DNA of 63,852 nt, filler included, from Octopus bimaculoides (lineage: Eukaryota), in NCBI RefSeq assembly GCF_001194135.2. It is 6 parts of 5 records of this genome, joined end to end, with 100 filler letters (N's around TTAATTAATTAA, not from the genome) between each part and the next. Parts side by side here need not be neighbours in the genome. Positions count along the whole stretch, not along the records: positions 1 to 1,789 come from NC_068982.1; positions 1,890 to 11,833 come from NC_068997.1; 4 more parts are not named here. One strand, given 5' to 3'. Below the pieces are notes generated by a model. The model was not told the DNA's origin and did not search any database. It worked only from the letters and a program-made list of their open reading frames with translations. A program made the translations under genes and the position numbers. Below, piece by piece: positions 1-11,725 of this stretch. Numbering within the stretch: position 1 is the stretch's first letter; each line of letters opens with the position of its first letter.

Positions 1-170
1 ATATAGTGAGAATTTACAAAAAAACAAAAGATGAAGACGGGTGTGTAAACAACAAACAGATGTATTAGTTTAACGCTCAGGAAGTGAGAAAGTCTTTTAC
101 GTTTCAAGCCTATGCTCTTCGACAGAAAGGAGCACAGAAATAAACAGGGAGAGAAAATAGAAAAGGTTTA
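1..170 (-). mobile_element. Penelope-like element terminal repeat (pLTR) fragment with hammerhead-like motif
   Basis: The reverse complement of 1-125 aligns with 48955-49072 (gaagagc.taggct.gaaacgt.aaagactttctca...) and more weakly with 31225-31380. It contains cctttCTGTCGAAgagc-atag-gcttGAAAcgta, the layout typical of PLE-associated minimal hammerheads. Confidence 0.55.
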
Positions 171-211
171 GTGGCTAGTGATCTATCATGGCGAATGCCA
201 GCCAGAAACAT

Positions 212-375
212 GACAGTGCAGTTAAGACGCTTGCTTCAGAAACATGTGGTTTAGAGTGTTGATTTCCACTGTACTGATACTGTTTGCTGGTGTCTTCTAC
301 TATAGCTGTGGTTTGACTAATGCCTTGCAAGTAAAATTCGATAAACAAAAACTGGAAGAAACCTATTATGTATAT
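212..375 (+). mobile_element. SINE family C (CORE-like), degenerate 5' half
   Basis: Diverged match to the better copies at 44617-44938 and 50748-50843 (gtgtcttctactatagc...gccttg...aaactg.aagaa). Confidence 0.55.
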
Positions 376-588
376 AAATGAAAGAAAGTGGTACTCAGTA
401 TTTTCAGGGGGAGTTTTGATTATCTAATAGCTGTTTGAATCAGTTCCACATGAATTACAGCTTTGTGGACACAGTACATCCTCCTCATCAGATGTACAAA
501 GTCAGAGTGGAGAGAACTTCAAAGAAATTTAAAAACGACTTGATGAGAATATTCAGGCTTCTCCTTGTCATACTAAGTTACATGGGTG

Positions 589-976
589 TTTTAGCTATCA
601 AGTGATATCAGCTTTTTCATTAAATGTTCCATGTGGTAGAGCAGATAGAATGTTGGCATCTGTTAGCTGATATTCTGTAAGGTTGACAATTGAGTGACAA
701 CAGTTACTGCATGGAGAAGTACCATCCTTGGCCTAACAAACCCATGCACAATTTCAGGATATATGACCTTTGTTGCCCATACAGAAATCATAGCTTACTA
801 TCACCTGGCAACTATGCTTGTCACACAAACTGATATGTAAGCTGATCCCACCAAACTGGTTACCTCACAACTGTTGTTGCTGAATTGTCACACCCTACAG
901 AATGCTGGCTAATTGACACTGACATCCTGTCTACAGTATCACATGGAGCATGTAATGAAAGAACTGAGAGCTAAAG
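589..976. repeat. Imperfect long inverted repeat (foldback or MITE-like)
   Basis: 614-706 aligns to the reverse complement of 868-961 at about 70% by eye, extending with a gap to tttagct (590) / agctaaa (975). Spacer is about 160 bp. Confidence 0.7.
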
Positions 977-1349
977 TAACTATATGATCTTATAAATGGA
1001 ACTTACTAGTGGACCATATAAACATAATATACAGAAAAATAATAATAAAAATGAGAAAAGAGAATGGCAGCATGAAAACACATGGGAATTATGATTTAAA
1101 GGGGGAAAAAAAGAAGAAAGAAGGAAGAAGGGGAATAGAGGAAGATCTGTCATAGATGTGTGTATTAAAAATATTGAAAATACAGAATAGCAAACAAGCA
1201 TAAGTAAGTGTTGATAGAAGACAATGCTTAAATATATAAATATGAAAAAAATGAGGAAAAAGAGAGGAAAAATAAGGAAAAAGAGAACAAATTGAAAAAT
1301 GAAACAAAAAAAAAGTTAGTAAGCATAGAGGGAATGAAAAAGAATTTTA

Positions 1350-1383
1350 GATGATATATATATATACATGTGTGTATCTTTAA

Positions 1384-1420
<37 letters not shown>

Positions 1421-1471
1421 ATATGTATGATATATATATATATGTATGATATATATATACATGTATGTATC

Positions 1472-1510
<39 letters not shown>
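1350..1510. repeat. (TA)n microsatellite
   Basis: Directly visible. Confidence 0.95.
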
Positions 1511-1512
<2 letters not shown>

Positions 1513-1789
1513 CCACTTAAATGCGGCTGACCCCTAAGGGTGGATGTTACTGTTGCTTTTAGCCCCAGGAGAACATCTCCTCCAGCTGGCTATTGACACA
1601 CATCTGTGTACTGTGTGTATTTGCAAAGGGAAGTCATCCTTCCCATCTTGATCTGTGATACGCACGGACTTGAGTTTCTGGGTATTTACCCATCCTCAGC
1701 ATACGACAATCGCCAACCTTTGAAATGGCAAATATACTTCACCTTGTCGTGCAGTTACTGTCAATACCTAATTCAGAGGTTTAACATAT

Positions 1790-1889
1790 NNNNNNNNNNN
1801 NNNNNNNNNNNNNNNNNNNNNNNNNNNNNNNNNTTAATTAATTAANNNNNNNNNNNNNNNNNNNNNNNNNNNNNNNNNNNNNNNNNNNN
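1790..1889. other. Artificial scaffold linker N44-TTAATTAATTAA-N44
   Basis: Exactly 44 N, a 12-mer with stops in all six frames, then 44 N. The identical 100-bp unit occurs five times in the window. Confidence 0.95.
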
Positions 1890-1934
<45 letters not shown>

Positions 1935-3269
1935 TTTATAACTACTAACTTATTGTTGAATAGTCTCATCTTTGTAGTTATATTAGTCCTAGAAATCTTC
2001 TAAATCACGTGTGACTGCTTCTGTCTGTCTGTCTGTCTCTCTGTCACCCTCCCTGGCTCTCTCTCTCCCTGGCTTTCTCTCTCCCTGGCTCTCTCTCTCT
2101 CTCTCTCTCCCCATCTTTCCCTGAAACAATACGAGTCTAGTGGAAGAAACCTGTAAGGCAATATGTATGTATGTGTCTATGTATCTATGTATTGATGCAT
2201 ATAGGTATGTGTATGTGTGTATAAATACATACGTACATACATACGTACATACATACGTACATACATATGTACATACATACGTACATACATATATATATAT
2301 ATAATATAATTTATATATGCATATATATTTATACATGTCCACATATATATATATACATTTATGCATATGTACATATATATAAGTATATATATATATATAT
2401 TAGCATATATATATATATATATATATATATANNNNNNNNNNNNNNNNNNNNNNNNNNNNNNNNNNNNNNNNNNNNNNNNNNNNNNNNNNNNNNNNNNNNN
2501 NNNNNNNNNNNNNNNNNNNNNNNNNNNNNNNNNNNNNNNNNNNNNNNNNNNNNNNNNNNNNNNNNNNNNNNNNNNNNNNNNNNNNNNNNNNNNNNNNNNN
2601 NNNNNNNNNNNNNNNNNNNNNNNNNNNNNNNNNNNNNNNNNNNNNNNNNNNNNNNNNNNNNNNNNNNNNNNNNNNNNNNNNNNNNNNNNNNNNNNNNNNN
2701 NNNNNNNNNNNNNNNNNNNNNNNNNNNNNNNNNNNNNNNNNNNNNNNNNNNNNNNNNNNNNNNNNNNNNNNNNNNNNNNNNNNNNNNNNNNNNNNNNNNN
2801 NNNNNNNNNNNNNNNNNNNNNNNNNNNNNNNNNNNNNNNNNNNNNNNNNNNNNNNNNNNNNNNNNNNNNNNNNNNNNNNNNNNNNNNNNNNNNNNNNNNN
2901 NNNNNNNNNNNNNNNNNNNNNNNNNNNNNNNNNNNNNNNNNNNNNNNNNNNNNNNNNNNNNNNNNNNNNNNNNNNNNNNNNNNNNNNNNNNNNNNNNNNN
3001 NNGAGTATGCTCGGCATTTTGCCACCCTCTCCATCCTGCGGTCTCCCACTCTCTCTCTCTTTGTCTCCTGCACTTTCCTCGTCTGTTTTCTGGTAAGCAC
3101 ACCTCTTTCTGTCTCCATTCCTGATCTTTCTCTCTCCGTCCGGGTAACCTTGTACTTCCTCTACAACAAGACACCTGTATCTGTCTCACTATAATTTTTT
3201 CATCATCACCCCTCCATCCCCCTCCCCTCTTAAAAGTTTTTTTGTATTGCAAGTATTTGGTGACCCTGT

Positions 3270-3528
3270 CAGTGCAGGTGCTACTTAAAAGCACCCAGTC
3301 TACACTGTAAAGTGGTTGGTGTTCGGAAGGGCATCCAGCTGTAAAAAGCTTGCCAAAACTGACCTCACCTGTGCTTGTGCCACTTAAAAAGCACTAAGTC
3401 CACTCTGTTGAGTGGTTGCCCTTAGGAAGGGCATCCAAGTGTAAAAATCCTGCCAAAACAGTCATAGATATCTGGTGCAAGCTTCTTGCCTGGATGGCTT
3501 TTGTGGTACGTTAAATGATGATGATGAT
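3270..3528 (+). mobile_element. SINE-like repeat 3' part with internal ~100-bp tandem duplication and (ATG)n tail
   Basis: Two units of gtggttg...ggaagggcatcca..tgtaaaaa..tgccaaaac (about 3271-3370 and 3371-3465), ending in aaatgatgatgatgat. Resembles RTE-related cephalopod SINE cores (from memory). Confidence 0.55.
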
Positions 3529-3659
3529 ACACACACACACGCACACATACACACACGCACGCGTACACACACGCACGCGTACACACACGCACGCGTACAC
3601 ACACGCACGTCCGCACACATATTCAGATAGAGAGTGAGAGATGTATGTACGTATATATA

Positions 3660-3708
<49 letters not shown>

Positions 3709-4119
3709 GTGTGTTTGCGTGTATATGCAGGAAAAAAACAGCTGCTGGTCTGTCTCTACAGGGAGTAGAGTTTCCTGTATTTCGAATAGAATTCTTCAGA
3801 ACTGAGAAAACAAGAGAAATAGTAACTATAAAGCAACATTCTACCCCCTAGGTAAGAACGAANNNNNNNNNNNNNNNNNNNNNNNNNNNNNNNNNNNNNN
3901 NNNNNNNNNNNNNNNNNNNNNNNNNNNNNNNNNNNNNNNNNNNNNNNNNNNNNNNNNNNNNNNNNNNNNNNNNNNNNNNNNNNNNNNNNNNNNNNNNNNN
4001 NNNNNNNNNNNNNNNNNNNNNGATGTTTTGCATTTATAATAAAATGAATATATACAAATTATAAAAATAAAAGAAAAAAGATATACATACAGTAAAATAC
4101 TGTTTCTACTTCGCGGATT

Positions 4120-4238
4120 TCACAAGGCTTTGGTCGGCCCGAGGCTATAGCAGAAGACACTTGTCCAAGGTGCCACGCAATGGGACTGAACCCGGAACCG
4201 TGTTGTTGGCAAGCAAGCTACTTACCACACAGCCACTC
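4120..4238 (-). mobile_element. SINE family C, 5' half (tRNA-like head and CORE-like ccttggacaagtgtctt)
   Basis: Reverse complement reads gagtggctgtgtggtaagtagcttgcttgccaac...ggttccgggttcagtccc...ccttggacaagtgtcttctgctatagcctcggg. Confidence 0.8.
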
Positions 4239-4249
4239 TTGTCAAAACT

Positions 4250-4408
4250 TTATTGAAAATTTCCAACATGTGATCCGTCTGTATCCGTGCAAATTTCAAA
4301 TCTATCCTTAACGTTGCGAAACACATTTTGAAGCGTTTCATGACCTATCTCCTGCATGCGTCCTTTAAGATCTAAGTGTATGCGTTCTTTGAGATCAGTT
4401 AAACTATT
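4250..4408 (-). mobile_element. Tc1/mariner-superfamily transposase C-terminal fragment
   Basis: Manual translation gives NSLTDLKERIHLDLKGRMQEIGHETLQNVFRNVKDRFEICTDTDGSHVGNFQ*. This matches the 'L.DLK.RI...I..ETL.NV..N...R...C....G.HVE' C-terminus of mariner-like (maT/rosa-type) transposases. Confidence 0.65.
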
Positions 4409-4589
4409 GCTCCACCCTGGGAATGGAGGAAGAGAAAATTATTGCAGCTAAATTGAAAACAAGCTGTCGCGGACAGATAAGCGGGATCCAACAGGAATGA
4501 AAATAAAATTATAAAAAAATTATAAAAATTATAAAATTGTAAACAAAATTTAAAATTTAAGCATAGATAAAAGGGAGTTTTTAGAAACA

Positions 4590-5590
4590 TTATCCGATTT
4601 CACTGAAATAGATAGTTAATTCTGGGGCACAATGTTAGCAGTGGTACTGTGACTTAGAGCCGATAGCAGTTGATGTGTTAATGGCGGGGCAGCGTGGAGG
4701 TGCAATGGCCCAGTGGTTAGGGCAGCGGACTCGCGGTCATAGTATCGCGGTTTCGATTCCCAGACCGGGCGTTGTGAGTGTTTATTGAGCGAAAACACCT
4801 AAAAAGCTCCACGAAGCTCCGGCAGGGGATGGTGGCGAACCCTGCTGTACTCTTTCACCACAACTTTCTCTCACTCTTACTTCCTGTTTCTGTTGTGCCT
4901 GTAATGCAAAAGGGTCAGCTTTGTCACACTGTGTCACGTTGAATATCCCCGAGAACTACGTTAAGGGTACACGTGTCTGTGGAGTGCTCAGCCACTTGCA
5001 CGTTAATTTCACGAGCAGGCTGTTCCGTTGATCGGATCAACTGGAATCCTCGATGTCGTAAGCGACGGAGCGCCAACATAACACAGGCGGGGCAGCGTTA
5101 CTTCGAAGAGAAAAGCATTTAAATGGTTTCGTTTTGTATAGCTTGACGCTAAGGCGCTTCTAAGAGGTTGACGAGGGATTTTATCTTTCTTGGCGATAAG
5201 GAAAGATGGTGCGGTAAATTTCGGAGTGCTTGTGGGGTTAGTGGAAGTTTTGGCAGTTGCAGACGAGTGTGCGTTTCAGCGGGTAGATTGGATGGGTAGA
5301 GGATGATTGATGGTGGGATTTAGTGTATAGGTAAACATAATGAGGGTAGGGGAGTGATGAGGCACAGATCGTATGGCGTTCACAATCGATAGAATGTACA
5401 CTCGATTTCGGAAGAAATGTTTCTTATCACACTGAGATTCGAAATCTGAATCGTTGCTGATGTGTCGACGAAGGCAGAGGAACTCAGATAATGGTATAAC
5501 AAATTTACTGTGCTTAGGGAAAGTGAAGGAATAGTAGAAATAGGAACCGGACTTAGTACGCTTTAGCTCAATTTTTACTTTCACTTTTCC
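4590..5590 (-). mobile_element. Penelope-like element remnant (RT C-terminal region and degenerate GIY-YIG), interrupted by a SINE
   Basis: ORF 5276..5584 has FPKHSKFVIPLSEFLCLRRHISNDSDFESQC...FFRNRVY, matching the PLE motif HP.H.K..IP.SQFLRLRRICS..DF...FF.NRGY. Beyond the SINE the reading is C*HC...IYFSEIG, similar to CxxC..YIGETG. Multiple stops and frameshifts. Confidence 0.7.
4696..5085 (+). mobile_element. SINE family A, full length, 13-bp TSD
   Basis: A-box tggcccagtgg, B-box ggtttcgattccc, ~390 bp body, (CAA)-type tail. TSD ggcggggcagcgt at 4683-4695 and 5086-5098. Confidence 0.92.
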
Positions 5591-5648
5591 TCCACCCTAT
5601 CCTCACTAGCTTCTCTCTTTTCATTTCACTTTCCTCCTTCCTCCGTCT

Positions 5649-5658
5649 CCAAACTTCT

Positions 5659-5711
<53 letters not shown>
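5649..5711. repeat. (CTA)n microsatellite
   Basis: Directly visible. Confidence 0.95.
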
Positions 5712-5714
<3 letters not shown>

Positions 5715-6081
5715 GTTGTTTTGTGTTCCTTTCTGAGGATTTAAAACCCTACTGCCTTTACTTTTTGCTTCTGTTGTTATCTCATTTCTGAAGAATAATC
5801 TTGTCCGAAACGTAGCAAACTCCACTTACTACGGCAATGTTACTTTACCCTTTCTGTCACTGTCTGTCCGTCCGTCTGACAGTCTCTTCCCTCCCCATCT
5901 CTCTCTCTCATATATATATATATACAAACACATACACGCATATAATCAAACGTTTATACATACATACATACATACATACATGCATACATACATAAATACA
6001 TATCTAAACTATGAATTCATATTCATACCAATAATAATTGGGGCACTAGGCTTTGTTAGTAAATGCTTAAAGGAGAAACTG

Positions 6082-6151
6082 GGATTTTCAGAAAGAGAAA
6101 CTGACCGGCTGNNNNNNNNNNGGATTTTCAGAAAGAGAAACTGACCGGCTG
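6082..6151. other. Assembly artefact: 30-bp duplication across a 10-N gap
   Basis: ggattttcagaaagagaaactgaccggctg occurs at 6082-6111 and 6122-6151 on either side of 10 N, which is an unmerged contig overlap. Confidence 0.85.
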
Positions 6152-6659
6152 ATTCGTACATTACAAGTCCAATCTGTGAGTGGAATAGTAAAAATATGCA
6201 AGACTTTTCTCAAGTTCCAAATGTGAATGTGTCTGTATTAATACATCCCAAAGATGGAGCTTTGTATCTTTGTTGGGAACCGGCTCCCTCCTCAGTGGAA
6301 GATTTATAATAATTAAAAAATAGAAGAGACATACATACATACATACAGCTGTGCTAGCGTTTAAGTAAAATCTCCCGAAAATTAAATTTTAAAAAATGTA
6401 AAGCAAGCACAGTTTTATTGAGGTGGATTTGGGTTTTGGCGGGAAGAATTTGGTTCAGGTTCACTTCGTTCCTATTGATTTTCCAGGATTTGCAGGAACT
6501 GACAGTTAAAAATGCAATAGAGTGTGTTTGGGGACATGCAGTTACATTTGGAATAGGGATCTACAGTAGCCAGGTGGGGGGCATTTGGTAAAAGTGTCAG
6601 TTTTTGTTGGGTAATTATTTTGGCCGTTTGTGTGTTTTGGCTGTTTGTGTGTTATGTTT

Positions 6660-6891
6660 ATCACCACCATTACATCCACTGCGCCGCCACAACCATCACC
6701 ACCACCACCACCACCACCATCATCTTATCATCTTCGCTGTCGTCGTCGTCATCATCATCGTCATCATCGCTTTCATAATCACTCCTCATCCTCGCAGTCC
6801 TCATCATCACCGCCCCCCGCCGCCGCCGTCGTCATCGTCACCGTACCAGTCGTCGTCATTGTCATCGTCATCGATGCCATCGTCATCACTG

Positions 6892-6930
<39 letters not shown>

Positions 6931-6948
6931 CCATCATCATCATCATCG

Positions 6949-6981
<33 letters not shown>

Positions 6982-7167
6982 TCATCTTACTCCTCCTCCT
7001 CATCATCATGATCACCATCACTACGACACAACCCAACCACCGAAACCGTCTCCCCCCTCAGCAACTATGACCGTCATCATTCTCCTCCTTACCACCACCA
7101 CCACCACCGATACTTTCATTATCAGTAGAACAATTATTAGCAGACGGTTTTAATCAAGCTGTAACAA

Positions 7168-7214
<47 letters not shown>

Positions 7215-7215
7215 A

Positions 7216-7265
<50 letters not shown>

Positions 7266-8603
7266 ATCGTTGCAATTGTCATGAAGGTGGTAGTAGCGAT
7301 GACGGTACGTGCGATTGCAGTGGTGGTGGTGATGGTGTTGGTGGTAGTGGTGAGTGGTGGTGCTGGTCGTTACTGCAATCGTGATATTGATGTTGGTTGT
7401 GATGGTGGTAGTGATGTTTATGATGATGGTGGTAGTGGTGTTGGTGCTGGTGTTGTTGGGAGGGGGCGGCGTCGTTGTTGTTGTTGGTGGTGTTACTGAT
7501 GGTGGCGGCGGCGGTGGTGGTAATGATATAATTGGTGGTGGCTAATTAAGTTTTGTTGGCTGAAGTGGTTGCGGGTTGTTGCAGCTGCCGCAATCACCAC
7601 CACTACCACCACCACCACCACCACCACCACCACTACCACCACAACCACTAAGACCACCACCATTACCACCATTACAGGCCACCGTTGCCGCAACCGCCAC
7701 AGCCACCAGCATTATTACTACTACTACTACTACTACTACCACCGTCTCCTCCTCCNNNNNNNNNNNNNNNNNNNNNNNNNNNNNNNNNNNNNNNNNNNNN
7801 NNNNNNNNNNNNNNNNNNNNNNNNNNNNNNNNNNNNNNNNNNNNNNNNNNNNNNNNNNNNNNNNNNNNNNNNNNNNNNNNNNNNNNNNNNNNNNNNNNNN
7901 NNNNNNNNNNNNNNNNNNNNNNNNNNNNNNNNNNNNNNNNNNNNNNNNNNNNNNNNNNNNNNNNNNNNNNNNNNNNNNNNNNNNNNNNNNNNNNNNNNNN
8001 NNNNNNNNNNNNNNNNNNNNNNNNNNNNNNNNNNNNNNNNNNNNNNNNNNNNNNNNNNNNNNNNNNNNNNNNNNNNNNNNNNNNNNNNNNNNNNNNNNNN
8101 NNNNNNNNNNNNNNNNNNNNNNNNNNNNNNNNNNNNNNNNNNNNNNNNNNNNNNNNNNNNNNNNNNNNNNNNNNNNNNNNNNNNNNNNNNNNNNNNNNNN
8201 NNNNNNNNNNNNNNNNNNNNNNNNNNNNNNNNNNNNNNNNNNNNNNNNNNNNNNNNNNNNNNNNNNNNNNNNNNNNNNNNNGATGGTGGAAGTCGTGGTG
8301 GCGATGGCGTAGATAGTAGTGGTGGTGGTGGTGGTGGTATAGGCTTCAGTTGAAGTAGTCCCCAATATAGTAATGGAGGTTGTAGAAGTAGTGGTAATAG
8401 TAGTTATGGGAGGGGGTGATAGTGGTGGTGATAGTGGTGGTGGTAGTAGTGGTGTAGATGTTGGTATTGGCGCCAGTAGTGGAAGTGGTAGTGGCAATGG
8501 TGGTGTTGGTAGTGTTTGTAGTAGTGGTGGTGGCGGTGATGGTATTAACAGTGAAAGCTGATGACGAGTGGGGAGAGTAATGAAGGCGCCAGTGTGTGGC
8601 TTA

Positions 8604-8634
<31 letters not shown>

Positions 8635-8650
8635 GTAGTAGTAGTAGTAA

Positions 8651-8682
<32 letters not shown>

Positions 8683-8930
8683 ATGGTGGTGGTGATGGTT
8701 TTGGTTGTGATGGAATGTGTGGTGACATTATTGGAGTGGTCGCGGTGGTCGCTGTGGTGGTTGTGGTGTTGGTGGTAGTGGTGATAGTGGTTTTGTTAGT
8801 GTTGGCAGTAGTGGTGATTGTGATGCTGATAGCGATGGTGATGGTATTGGTTAATGGTGTTGACTTTGATGGTTATGGTAGTGTTGGTAGTTGTGGTGGT
8901 GGTAGTGGTGGTGGTGGTGGTGATGATGAA
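6660..8930. repeat. Compound trinucleotide low-complexity tract (CAC/CAT/GTC, GTA, GTG) with an internal gap
   Basis: Directly visible. It produces the poly-H/S/V/G/P/T ORFs in all frames. Confidence 0.95.
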
Positions 8931-9394
8931 AAATGCTCAGACGCTAACTTTGCGAAAACTGCATTCACCGTTAAACAAAAGTCGATTAAGGACCTAAAAA
9001 GAAAAATATAGCTTTAAAAATTTATTTTTAAGGGCTGCTCCAGCTGGCCAGGCCTCAAAATGTCCATCTGGATACCAGAACCAGACGTACAGCTGCGGCT
9101 AAGCGTTCGAATGTAATTCAAGCGGTCATTCTGGGGCTGGATGTCCCGTCCAGTGGCCGAAATACTGTCAAATTCTCTATCCCACCGTTCGGTTTGAGGA
9201 AACCCTTTCTGGGGTTACGCTTTCTGTTTGATCCTTGAAAATATTTATTGACCCTTCTGCTGGGGTCGACATAATTTCAGAGAAACATCAATGTACTGTG
9301 TAGAACAAACAATATTGCAAGTAAAAAGTGTACGAACACATACATACATACATACATACATACATACATACATACATACATACATACATACATA

Positions 9395-9682
9395 CATGGG
9401 CGTAGCTAGGGTAAATGGCGTCCAGGGCAAGCATCAAAATTGCGCCTCACCCAGTCAGTGGAGAGGTGGGATGGCCAGCGCATGCATTTTGTAAGATCAA
9501 GATCAAATAAGAGCAACTATTTTGTCTAGTGTCATTGATGGCCATATTCAAAACATGCTTGAAAAGGTTAAAAAAATTTTTAATGGCTTAATTAGAAAAT
9601 GATCTTGGCCAAAATTGCGCCCCCACCTGAAAGTGGCGCCCAAGGCATGTGCCCTGCTTGCCTCACCCTAGCTACTCCCTTG
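9395..9682. mobile_element. hAT-type MITE inside a (CATA)n tract
   Basis: TIRs ca-tgggcgtagctagggt / accctagctactccct-tg, with a 14/15 core match. The 8-bp flanks are catacata / cgtacata (7/8). Subterminal repeats aaaattgcgcc.c.cc lie near both ends. Confidence 0.75.
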
Positions 9683-10122
9683 CGTACATACATACATACA
9701 TACATACATACATAGAAACAAAAATACGCTGTTGTTGATGTTGAAATTCCAATGAAGGAGCCTTGGATCTAAGTTAGAAACCGATTCTTTCTCTATTGGC
9801 AAGACATCTTGAAACAAACTAAATAATGACATACGTACAACCGCACATACATAAACAGATATACACGTACACATGCACACGTACACACATACATAGATAA
9901 AGAAATGGGGAAAAAAAAACAGGAAAACAAAAAGAAAAAGCTTAATTTTCGCCAAGTTTGCATCCGTCAAGTATATTTGATGTACTTTATCGTTAAACAG
10001 CGAATCACACTTTTTTTTTCACTGGTGCACTATAACATACGAGTCACTAGACTAGACTGTCTAGACTAGTGTGTATAGAGGTACCTATGTACATATGTGC
10101 CAATCTCTCTCTCTCTCTCTCT

Positions 10123-10230
10123 CCTTCTCCATCTCTCTCTCCTTCTCCATCTCTCTCTCCTTCTCCATCTCTCTCTCCTTCTCCATCTCTCTCTCCTTCT
10201 CCATCTCTCTCTCCTTCTCCATCTCTCTCT
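10123..10230. repeat. 18-bp minisatellite (ccttctccatctctctct) x6, followed by (TCTA)n tracts to ~10420
   Basis: Directly visible. It gives the (GEGERD)6 pseudo-ORF. Confidence 0.9.
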
Positions 10231-10246
10231 CTCAAGCTATTTATCA

Positions 10247-10302
<56 letters not shown>

Positions 10303-10322
10303 GTTAGTCCGTCTGTCTGTAG

Positions 10323-10407
<85 letters not shown>

Positions 10408-10633
10408 ATATCTATCTATCTAAACATTAACTTCACCAACCGACAAACTTAGATTCTGCACCCCCATCTAACACCTCCACCATTACCGTTCTTTTGACCA
10501 AAGTATATTCCTTCATACCTTTACTTCATCTTATTCATAGCGCTTTGATTGCGACATTTTTACCTTTTTTTAAATATTGTTTACAGTTTTGTATTTTTTA
10601 TAATTATTATTATTGTTGCAGTAGTTATTGTTA

Positions 10634-11435
<802 letters not shown>

Positions 11436-11725
11436 GAGAGAGCAGTGCATGCCGTCAAAGTGACACTGGGTGAAAATATACGAAGCCCAACATACCCGTC
11501 ATGACTACCCGTCTGATAAGGATACACCAGGCACATGCATCACAACCATATGTGCGCGACATGCTGATTTCATATCAGCCACTAAGGGATATGCTCAACT
11601 GGTTATGGTCAAACAACTGACAAGCAAATCCGTGGTATTGAGCAGAATATTTGCTATAGGCCATCTTTTATACCCAGACAAAACATATACATGATAACAC
11701 TTCCAGCCACTTAAGATCAGAAGCC

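Noticed and set aside
1511-1789. Non-repetitive-looking block that may be a dispersed repeat, with a 79-aa ORF
   Set aside because: There is no second copy in the window, no recognisable motif, and the ORF runs into the linker.
2177-3294. Long ORFs of 200-450 aa in the track here and at the other gaps (e.g. 26756..28117, 36589..37839, 57452..58645)
   Set aside because: They are open only because N codons contain no stop. The flanking residues are YI, HT or CV dinucleotide-repeat translations.
4696-4780. tRNA-like sequence with A and B boxes (also at the heads of the other A, B and C copies)
   Set aside because: There is no complete cloverleaf or acceptor stem and no T-run terminator. It continues into a 300-bp repeat body with TSDs, so it is a SINE head and not a tRNA gene.
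6604-9011. Poly-His/Ser/Pro/Gly/Val ORFs resembling low-complexity structural proteins
   Set aside because: They are open in several frames on both strands because of trinucleotide repeats. There is no non-repetitive domain and no splice evidence.
9020-9260. GC-balanced unique stretch with a ~60-codon open frame on the minus strand
   Set aside because: There is no ATG, no convincing splice sites and no recognisable domain.
10045-10071. Small hairpin cactagactagac-t-gtctagactagtg
   Set aside because: It is built from a repeated ctaga unit, so it is short and low complexity and is expected by chance in this setting.
10123-10230. Regular 18-bp repeats that might suggest a CRISPR-like array
   Set aside because: The tandem units have no unique spacers, so this is a minisatellite in a eukaryotic context.
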